From Sminthopsis crassicaudata (Eukaryota): 64,000 nt of DNA. Below the pieces are notes generated by a model. It worked only from the letters and a program-made list of their open reading frames with translations, was not told the origin of the DNA and did no database searches. Positions 10,994 to 20,039 of the stretch are shown here, in pieces. The stretch spans positions 164,376,454 through 164,440,453 of the forward strand of contig NC_133619.1 of the NCBI RefSeq assembly GCF_048593235.1. The letters run 5' to 3'. Each line of letters begins with the position of its first letter. Position 1 is the stretch's first letter. The translations under genes were made by a program, and so were the position numbers.

Positions 10994-11680
10994 TATTTGC
11001 TTTACTTTGTTTTTTAAGGTGTTATTTTTCTCAGTATTGCTTGTGTATGTGTGCATGTGTATGTGTGTTTAACAAGCTACTGACTTGTTTTTCATGATTT
11101 TCTTGGATCATTTGCCTTCCCAATTTTTATTCTACTTCTCTGACTTGATTTTGAAAATCTTTTTTGACTTTTTCCGTAAGCTGAAACCAATACCTATTTT
11201 TCTTGAAGGCTTTGGATGTAGGAGCTTTGACTTTGTTATTTTCTTCTGAGTTTCCATTTTGATTTTTCCTTGTCACTACTGTGCTTTTTATGGTGAAAAT
11301 ATTTTTTCTTGTTGTTTCCTTATTTTCACAAATTATTATTTAACTTTTCATTCTTTGTTAAAGTTGGGCTCTGTTTCCAGGGTAGAAAATGCACTGTCCT
11401 GAACTTTAGGCTTTTGTGCAGCTGTTTTCAGAGATCTTTCTGGGAATCAGCAACTTTTCTTACAAGGTAGTAGGATCTTAGCAGAGGTGTGTTTACTCCT
11501 CTTTTGACATGTGTTCTTGTCTGTGAATGACCACAGACACTCTTTTCTGTCCTGGAACTATGGCTGCAAACTCTAGTGTGCTAAATGCTCTTCCTCACTC
11601 TGGGACTGCTATCCAGGACTATGACCCAGAACCAAATATGGGCAAAACAGAGTCCTACCTCAGTGCTAGCAAAAAGACTC
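10141..11680 (-). mobile_element. L1 LINE 5' part (5' UTR plus decayed ORF1)
   Basis: Antisense ORF pieces 'KKWAFNEIKTFQAFLMNRPELNR' (ORF1 C-terminus) and coiled-coil heptads at 10689-10892; L1 5' UTR-like sequence at 11380-11680. Confidence 0.8.
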
Positions 11681-12795
11681 TGTGTGACCAAGTAACAGGT
11701 GTAGGTCATTATGCAGACAATTTAGCACAAATTAATTACTCTAGAGCAGCATATGAGCAAATTGCTGCTCCTGCTATCAAAGTATGGGGCATCCTCCCAG
11801 GAAGACAAGAGAGGGGAAGCCTTCATGAAAACAGCTCAAGGTCTGATTTTGTGGGATGTCTGCAGACAGCTGCCTACAAACTATTGGTGAAAATGCAGCA
11901 ACAGAAATTATGATAAGACAACTTGTAAAGAAAATGCTAATGAAGTTTGTAGAAGAATCATACTAGGACTACACAAGGATCATATGAGATCATGAGATGC
12001 TGTGCCACAGTGGACACAAATACCTTTTATACTCAAGTTATGATGCAAAACATGGGAAGACTAGGTCCCTTTTAGCAAAGGACTTCCAAAGAGATTCGTC
12101 AATACTTTCAATGTGGTAAAGTAGGGCATCAGAACGTTCAGTGTTGGCATAGAGATAGAATGAGAAGACAAGGTGGGAGAACAAGATCCAAAACTCCAAT
12201 GTCTAAAATACAACAGAAACTTCTATTGGGCATTAGAATGTAAATTGATTCATGGAAATGGGAAGTGGAGACCAACTGCTGAGCCCCAGGGAAAAAAAAC
12301 ACTTGGAGCATGATGGTAGCTAATGTAACAGCCAGAGAATCTTAAGAAGTTCAGTACTCAGATATGATGAATCAGTTAAGAAAAAACCTAATGGGAAAAA
12401 GGGATTACAATTGGGGAAAATAGAGTCATATGCAGCTGGGACCACTGAGATATACTCTGGAGAGGTGAAATCTGTCCCCAGCCATTTCACCTCCTGAGAG
12501 TGCTTTACAAAACTTTTTCCATACATACACTGATATAAGAAACTGGGAATATGTAGACACTATCCAGTCACTAATACAGGTAGACAATATGTGAGTTATC
12601 AACTAGGAGAAGTAGTAGCATCAGGTTTACTGATATGCTGATATTTGCCCAAACTTTGACTCCCAACAATAGAATCCAGGAATATTCTTGACTGACCATT
12701 CTATACTTACTATCAAATGTCATACCATTGGAAGGGTTGGTAGCTACAGGAACAGATTGTACAGTCATTAGAAGTTCAAATTGGCAAACCACAGT
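11681..12795 (+). mobile_element. Endogenous retrovirus internal remnant, betaretrovirus/ERV-K-like gag-(dUTPase)-pro, truncated on both sides
   Basis: Capsid-like 'DQVTGVGHYAD...YEQIA...DFVGCLQTA' and 'ENANEVCRRIILGL'; zinc knuckle YFQCGKVGHQNVQC (12103-12144) plus a second decayed knuckle; protease motif LVATGTDCTVI (from LVDTGAD) at 12737. Confidence 0.8.
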
Positions 12796-13501
12796 GGAAA
12801 GAGTGGAAGAACTTTGGGAAGTAGGAGTTCTCACCTTTTGAGGAGTAGATGAAAGGACCTTAAAGGGGCAAACAATAAAAAAAATGTAACAGCAACCTCC
12901 ATTCTGAAATGTTTTGTGGCAGAACAAAAAAAAAAAAAAAAAGAAGACTAACTTCTTTCTGAGAAAATATCTAAGAAGAAAGGAATCAGAAATAAGGTCC
13001 TTCTAAAATAATATTTTTAAAATCTAAAAATCCAGTGATTGAATCAAAATTATGAAAAGAGACCAAAAGAAGAAACTAAGGGGGAGGGATAGCAAAGGTT
13101 GATACTTGTTTTCTTCATGAAAGCCATGGGTGGGAAGCAATTTCTGAAAAAAATATTTTGTTTGGGGTGGGGGAGGAAGGGTGGTATGGGGGGAGTATGT
13201 GGATCTTGTGTTTGTGGGCAGATTTTTCGTTGCCATGTTTCTATCTCAGCACATAAGAGAGGTGATGTCTTGAGGCTTGCAAATGAGAATGTTGTTACTA
13301 AGTGACCCAATAAGGAGATGTCTCCAAGTTCAAGGAGGGAGGGAAGGAGTTTTCTTCTCAAGAGTTGCTGTCTCCTAAGGGTGGGATTAGAAGGAAGGTG
13401 AGAACTCAGCTCTCAAGCAGAGAGTGGGAATCCTCTCAAAAGACAAGAGTTGTCACCTTTTTGGGGGTGGAGTTAAGAGAAGGGCTAAGCAGGGGAAAAG
13501 A

Positions 13502-13509
13502 TATAAAAG
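13502..13509 (+). promoter_or_regulatory. TATA-like box of array copy 1 (others at 16606, 19707, 22814, 25920, 29022)
   Basis: TATAAAAG exactly 333 nt upstream of each start-codon position. Confidence 0.55.
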
Positions 13510-13623
13510 GCTCACACAACTCAGTGCCAATACTTCTTGCTGCCAGAGCTCCAGGGCAGGAGCTAGCTCTCTCCCTACCTGAAAAGGAAGGAATCAGAAG
13601 CTTAGGAACATACAAGCAAGAGT

Positions 13624-13834
13624 TTCATTGAAAGCCTCCAACTAGGTCTCACTTGCTTGCATCTGCCTGAACTACTTCACTGACTGGGTGACTGAGAGTG
13701 CAGAGAGAGTCTTCTCCAGGGCAGTGAGGGAGTCACTGAAGCCTCAACCTGTACAGAGTGCAGGGGAGTCATTCATCAGACAGGCTGACTTGCCGCTGAG
13801 CAGGAACCTGTAGACTCAGTGCACCACCGGCAAG
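13624..13834 (+). pseudogene. Decayed RING remnant in the leader of array copy 1 (present in all array units)
   Basis: LTC at 13654, ICLNYFTD at 13661, CTECRGVI at 13750, DLPLSRNL*TQCTTGK leading into the ATG; frameshifts and an in-frame TAG at 13811. Confidence 0.78.
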
Positions 13835-14995
13835 ATGCTCCAACCTCACCTGCTGCAGAAAGAGCTGGGCCTCAGCACCCGTGATCAACGTGGAGAACGA
13901 GTGATGTTCTTCTGTGAGGAAGACCACAGAGCCCTCTGTGATTCCTGTTTATCAGACCCAGAGCACAAGGACCACCAAGTCCTTCCCTTGGAGACAGCAG
14001 CTGACAAGTGCAACAACAAACTCCGGGAGATATGGAGGATCTTTCACACAAAAGAAAAGAAGCTTCAAACTACATGGGACACATTGAGAAGAGGAGAGGC
14101 ACAATTCACAGAGCATACCTGCACTTTGAAAGAGTCAGCTATTTCTGAATATGGGAAAATTCACGAGTTCTTGCGGGATGAAGAATGTCAACACCTTGAA
14201 GAGCTACAGCAGCAATACAGAGACAATGCAGTCCAACTGGAGGACAAGGAGCATGAGTTGTCCAAACATACCAAGAGTCTGCAACAAATGATGCTCCAAG
14301 TAGAAGAGAATTTGGACAAGATGCCCTTGGAAATGATCCAGAATATGCCAGGCACTTGGAAAAAGAAAGAAGAGCTCCTACTTAAAAAACCACAGCTTTC
14401 CTGCCTTTCCTGGCCTACCTGCCCTGTCACAGGCATGAGAGAAATGCTCATGAGTTTCTACAAGGATTTCACTTTTGATCCTGAATCAGCCCATCCTCAT
14501 CTCCTCCTGTCTGAAGATCTGAAGAGGGTCCAGTATGGAAGTATCTGTCAAGACCTGCCTGACAACAAAGGGAGACTTGACTCTGCTCTTAGGGTTTTAG
14601 GAGCCCAGGAATTCACCTCAGGAAAACATTATTGGGAAGTGGAGGTGGGTGACAAGACCGAATGGGAATTGGGCATTTGTAAAGATCCAGCCAGGAAAAA
14701 GGGGCTGATCTTCTCTCCTAAGCACGGAAGAACCATCCTAGGCTCCACATCTGAAAATGAATCCATTGTCTGGAAATCAGAAAAGGGCTATCATTGCAGC
14801 ACATCTGGACACATAGTGGGCATTTTTCTTGATTATGAAATGAGTTATATAGCATTTTATGATGCCATATATGGATACCTTAATGGCATAATAAACATAG
14901 ATTTTGAAGGGCCTCTTCGCCCTTATTTTTGTGCTTTCCTTTCAAAAGATGAGAGCACCCCTGTTTCACTGATCATTTGCCCCAAGTGTCCATAG
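13835..14995 (+). CDS. TRIML1-like: RING-less TRIML1-like protein, array copy 1 (386 aa)
   Basis: Intact ORF with a B-box lacking its first C/H ligands, coiled coil and PRY-SPRY. Confidence 0.85.
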   Translation: MLQPHLLQKELGLSTRDQRGERVMFFCEEDHRALCDSCLSDPEHKDHQVLPLETAADKCNNKLREIWRIFHTKEKKLQTTWDTLRRGEAQFTEHTCTLKESAISEYGKIHEFLRDEECQHLEELQQQYRDNAVQLEDKEHELSKHTKSLQQMMLQVEENLDKMPLEMIQNMPGTWKKKEELLLKKPQLSCLSWPTCPVTGMREMLMSFYKDFTFDPESAHPHLLLSEDLKRVQYGSICQDLPDNKGRLDSALRVLGAQEFTSGKHYWEVEVGDKTEWELGICKDPARKKGLIFSPKHGRTILGSTSENESIVWKSEKGYHCSTSGHIVGIFLDYEMSYIAFYDAIYGYLNGIINIDFEGPLRPYFCAFLSKDESTPVSLIICPKCP

Positions 14996-15100
14996 TAGAG
15001 GGCTTTCACAGATACTAATGACTAAGAATGACTATGAAAACTGAATGAAGATAACACTGCCAGTGGCACTCTATTTCTTTGTATTCCTGTTGAAATGGTC

Positions 15101-15106
15101 AATAAA
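15101..15106 (+). terminator. Polyadenylation signal of copy 1 (others at 18205, 21309, 24415, 27521, 30623)
   Basis: AATAAA ~105 nt after each stop codon. Confidence 0.6.
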
Positions 15107-16264
15107 GCATGATTATTTAAACCAAGAAAGCACTTTGTTTATCCTTCTTGTCATAAAAAAGGACAGGTCATATTTTTTTTTTTTTCCTTTCCCTTTAGTG
15201 GCTGATCTTCCAGCACCTAATGTGAAAGGGGAGGCTTTCAGAAGGATAGGAGAAAAAGCGGGAGGAAAGAAAATGGGAAGGGAAAAAGTTCCAGGTAGAA
15301 AAGGAGGAAGAGCAAAATTTGCAATGCTAAATAATTGGAGGAATAAAGAAACAACCAAAACAATAAGGAAGCAAACAAATAAATAAAGAAAAAAAAGACA
15401 AGCTCTCTTCTTGAAGGACTAGAGAGTGGAGTATGCAAAATCTGTTGCTCTGAGAAAGAGAGAGATCTACTTGAGGATAAGAGCAGACTCAAATATCTTT
15501 TATTAAATTAGAAAATATGAGATATGTACAGGCATCAAGGTGTTGTGGAGGACTGAAATAAATCAGTCCTCAACTGAGCAGGAAACTGAAGCAAGACATT
15601 TTGCCAAATTCACTTTCATTTCGTCCTTCTGTTTTTCTACCCTTCTCTTGTAGAACTTTTTGTGCCTCTTCTGAGAGTTATCCCATTATGGAATACAATC
15701 CAGAACATGAGTGATATTGTCACCATGTGTCCAGGTTAAAGAGCATTTTAATTTGAAGCCAATTAAACTCAATCTGCAATGTTCTGAGAAATTGAAGGGT
15801 AAAATGACTGTGGTCTAAAGTATATAGGTGTGAACAGCATTGTGTATCTGTCATTTCAATGGAGTATTTTTAAAGGGAGAGCACTAGCTCCAGTGAAGAG
15901 AGTGGAAGCTCTTTGCAAAGTGGGAGTTCTCACCTTCTGAGCAGTAAATAAAAGAACCTTCATGGGGCAAACAATGAAAAAAATAATAAAATTAGCAATT
16001 TAGTTCTCGGTTCTTCGTGGCAAGAACCAAAAGGAGAAACCAATGTTCTTTCCAAGTTGAATATCTAAAAAGAAAGGAATCAGAAATAAGGTCCTTTTAA
16101 AAAATCTTTTATACATATACAGATATCTTAATCTGATGATTGAATCATAATTAGGAAATGAGGCAAAAAGGGGAAAATAAGGGGGAGGGATAGCAAAGGT
16201 TGATCCTTGTTTTCTTCATGGGAGCCATGGGTGGGAAGCAATTTCTGAAAAAAAGATTTTGTCT

Positions 16265-16324
16265 GGGGTGGGGAAGGGTGGGGGGCATGCGGGGTGGGGG
16301 TGGGGGTGGAGGTGCTTGGGGGGG
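16265..16324 (+). other. G-rich, G-quadruplex-prone tract in each spacer (also 19366-19425, 22473-22532, 25579-25638, 28683-28741)
   Basis: More than seven runs of G3 or longer within 60 nt. Confidence 0.7.
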
Positions 16325-17007
16325 TGTCTTTCCTTGTCATGTTTCCATCTCAGAACATCAGAAAGGTGATATCTTGAGGTTTGCAAATGAGAATGTTACT
16401 GCTAAGTGACCCAATGGGAAGATCTTTCCAAATACTAAGAGGGAGGGAAGGAGTTTTCTTCTCAAGAGATGCTGACTCTGAAGGGTGGGATTAGAAGGAA
16501 GGTGAGAACTCAGCCCTGAAGCAGAGGGTGGAAGTCCTCTCAAAAGACAAGAGTTGTCACCTTTTTGGGGGTGGAGTTAAGAGAAGGGCTAAGCAGGGGA
16601 AAAGATATAAAAGGCTCACACAACTCAGTGCCAATACTTTTTGCTGCCAGAGCTCCAGGGCAGGAGCTAGCTCTCTCCCTACCTGAAAAGGAAGGAATCA
16701 GAAGCTTAGGAACATACAAGCAAGAGTTTCATTGAAAGCCTCCAGCTAGGTCTCACTTGCTTGCATCTGCCTGAACTACTTCACTGACTGGGTGACTGAG
16801 AGTGCAGAGAGAGTCTTCTCCAGGGCAGTGAGGGAGTCACTGAAGCCTCAACCTGTACAGAGTGCAGGGGAGTCATTCATCAGACAGGCTGACTTGCCGC
16901 TGAGCAGGAACCTGTAGACTCAGTGCACCACCGGCAAGATTCTCCAACCTCACCTGCTGCAGAAAGAGCTGGGCCTCAGCACCCGTGATCAACGTGGAGA
17001 ACGAGTG

Positions 17008-18099
17008 ATGTTCTTCTGTGAGGAAGACCACAGAGCCCTCTGTGATTCCTGTTTATCAGACCCAGAGCACAAGGACCACCAAGTCCTTCCCTTGGAGACA
17101 GCAGCTGACAAGTGCAACAACAAACTCCGGGAGATATGGAGGATCTTTCACACAAAAGAAAAGAAGCTTCAAACTACATGGGACACATTGAGAAGAGGAG
17201 AGGCACAATTCACAGAGCATACCTGCACTTTGAAAGAGTCAGCTATTTCTGAATATGGGAAAATTCACGAGTTCTTGCGGGATGAAGAATGTCAACACCT
17301 TGAAGAGCTACAGCAGCAATACAGAGACAATGCAGTCCAACTGGAGGACAAGGAGCATGAGTTGTCCAAACATACCAAGAGTCTGCAACAAATGATGCTC
17401 CAAGTAGAAGAGAATTTGGACAAGATGCCCTTGGAAATGATCCAGAATATGCCAGGCACTTGGAAAAAGAAAGAAGAGCTCCTACTTAAAAAACCACAGC
17501 TTTCCTGCCTTTCCTGGCCTACCTGCCCTGTCACAGGCATGAGAGAAATGCTCATGAGTTTCTACAAGGATTTCACTTTTGATCCTGAATCAGCCCATCC
17601 TCATCTCCTCCTGTCTGAAGATCTGAAGAGGGTCCAGTATGGAAGTATCTGTCAAGACCTGCCTGACAACAAAGGGAGACTTGACTCTGCTCTTAGGGTT
17701 TTAGGAGCCCAGGAATTCACCTCAGGAAAACATTATTGGGAAGTGGAGGTGGGTGACAAGACCGAATGGGAATTGGGCATCTGTAAAGATCCAGCCAGGA
17801 AAAAGGGGCTGATCTTCTCTCCTAAGCACGGAAGAACCATCCTAGGCTCCACATCTGAAAATGAATCCATTGTCTGGAAATCAGAAAAGGGCTATCATTG
17901 CAGCACATCTGGACACATAGTGGGCATGTTTCTTGATTATGAAATGAGTTATATAGCATTTTATGATGCCATATATGGATACCTTAATGGCATAATAAAC
18001 ATAGATTTTGAAGGGCCTCTTCGCCCTTATTTCTGTGCTTTCCTTTCAAAAGATGAGAGCACCCCTGTTTCACTGATCATTTGCCCCAAGTGTCCATAG
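17008..18099 (+). CDS. TRIML1-like: RING-less TRIML1-like protein, array copy 2; first ATG mutated to ATT (16939), next ATG gives 363 aa
   Basis: 'ggcaagATTctccaa' versus 'ggcaagATGctccaa' in the other copies; the ORF is otherwise intact. Confidence 0.7.
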   Translation: MFFCEEDHRALCDSCLSDPEHKDHQVLPLETAADKCNNKLREIWRIFHTKEKKLQTTWDTLRRGEAQFTEHTCTLKESAISEYGKIHEFLRDEECQHLEELQQQYRDNAVQLEDKEHELSKHTKSLQQMMLQVEENLDKMPLEMIQNMPGTWKKKEELLLKKPQLSCLSWPTCPVTGMREMLMSFYKDFTFDPESAHPHLLLSEDLKRVQYGSICQDLPDNKGRLDSALRVLGAQEFTSGKHYWEVEVGDKTEWELGICKDPARKKGLIFSPKHGRTILGSTSENESIVWKSEKGYHCSTSGHIVGMFLDYEMSYIAFYDAIYGYLNGIINIDFEGPLRPYFCAFLSKDESTPVSLIICPKCP

Positions 18100-20039
18100 T
18101 AGAGGGCTTTCACAGATACTAATGACTAAGAATGACTAGGAAAACTGAATGAAGATAACACTGCCAGTGGCACTCTATTTCTTTGTATTCCTGTTGAAAT
18201 GGTCAATAAAGCATGATTATTAAAACCAAGAAAGCACTTTGTTTATCCTTCTCGTCATAAAAAAGGACAGGCCATTTTTTTTTTTTCCTTTCCCTTTAGT
18301 GGCTGATCTTCCAGCACCTAATGTGAAAGGGGAGGCTTTCAGAAGGATAGGAGAAAAAGCGGGAGGAAAGAAAATGGGAAGGGAAAAAGTTCCAGGTAGA
18401 AAAGGAGGAAGAGCAAAATTTGCAATGCTAAATAATTGGAGGAATAAAGAAACAACCAAAACAATAAGGAAGCAAACAAAGAAATAAAGAAAAAAAAGAC
18501 AAGCTCTCTTCTTGAAGGACTAGAGAGTGGAGTATGCAAAATCTGTTGCTCTGAGAAAGAGAGAGATCTACTTGAGGATAAGAGCAGACTCAAATATCTT
18601 TTATTAAATTAGAAAATATGAGATATGTACAGGCATCAAGGTGTTGTGGAGGACTGAAATAAATCAGTCCTCAACTGAGCAGGAAACTGAAGCAAGACAT
18701 TTTGCCAAATTCACTTTCATTTCGTCCTTCTGTTTTTCTACCCTTCTCTTGTAGAACTTTTTGTGCCTCTTCTGAGAGTTATCCCATTATGGAATACAAT
18801 CCAGAACATGAGTGATATTGTCACCATGTGTCCAGGTTAAAGAGCATTTTAATTTGAAGCCAATTAAACTCAATCTGCAATGTTCTGAGAAATTGAAGGG
18901 TAAAATGACTGTGGTCTAAAGTATATAGGTGTGAACAGCATTGTGTATCTGTCATTTCAATGGAGTATTTTTAAAGGGAGAGCACTAGCCCCAGTGAAGA
19001 GAGTGGAAGCACTTTGCAAAGTGGGAGTTCTCACCTTCTGAGCAGTAAATAAAAGAACCTTCGTGGGGCAAACAATGAAAAAAATAATAAAATTAGCAAT
19101 TTAGTTCTCGGCTCTTTGTGGCAAGAACCAAAAGGAGAAACCAATGTTCTTTCCAAGTTGAATATCTAAAAAGAAAGGAATCAGAAATAAGGTCCTTTTA
19201 AAAAATCTTTTATACATATACAGATATCTTAATCTGATGATTGAATCATAATTAGGAAATGAGGCAAAAAGGGGAAAATAAGGGGGAGGGATAGCAAAGG
19301 TTGATCCTTGTTTTCTTCATGGGAGCCATGGGTGGGAAGCAATTTCTGAAAAAAAGATTTTGTCTGGGGTGGGGAAGGGTGGGGGGCATGCGGGGTGGGG
19401 GTGGGGGTGGAGGTGCTTGGGGGGGTGTCTTTCCTTGTCATGTTTCCATCTCAGAACATCAGAAAGGTGATATCTTGAGGTTTGCAAATGAGAATGTTAC
19501 TGCTAAGTGACCCAATGGGAAGATCTTTCCAAATACTAAGAGGGAGGGAAGGAGTTTTCTTCTCAAGAGATGCTGACTCTGAAGGGTGGGATTAGAAGGA
19601 AGGTGAGAACTCAGCCCTGAAGCAGAGGGTGGAAGTCCTCTCAAAAGACAAGAGTTGTCACCTTTTTGGGGGTGGAGTTAAGAGAAGGGCTAAGCAGGGG
19701 AAAAGATATAAAAGGCTCACACAACTCAGTGCCTATACTTTTTGCTGCCAGAGCTCCAGGGCAGGAGCTAGCTCTCTCCCTACCTGAAAAGGAAGGGATC
19801 AGAAGCTTAGGAACATACAAGCAAGAGTTTCATTGAAAGCCTCCAGCTAGGTCTCACTTGCTTGCATCTGCCTGAACTACTTCACTGACTGGGTGACTGA
19901 GAGTGCAGAGAGAGTCTTCTCCAGGGCAGTGAGGGAGTCACTGAAGCCTCAACCTGTACAGAGTGCAGGGGAGTCATTCATCAGACAGGCTGACTTGCCG
20001 CTGAGCAGGAACCTGTAGACTCAGTGCACCACCGGCAAG

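Noticed and set aside
11527-11913. 128-aa ORF fusing antisense L1 5' UTR to ERV capsid sequence
   Set aside because: Chance read-through across a repeat junction; the gag part is frameshifted around the major homology region and has no promoter evidence.
12571-12927. 118-aa minus-strand ORF that superficially resembled a SPRY segment
   Set aside because: The plus strand here is clearly the ERV protease remnant plus TRIM spacer; the ORF is its antisense shadow.
14188-14451. Antisense ORFs inside the TRIM CDS copies
   Set aside because: Shadow ORFs of the coding strand with no domain features.
15045-15492. Recurrent 80-113-aa ORFs in each spacer (both strands), plus 60-70-aa ORFs over the G-tract
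   Set aside because: They recur only because the DNA is duplicated; low-complexity purine/pyrimidine translations, and disrupted in some units and in the 4262 paralog.
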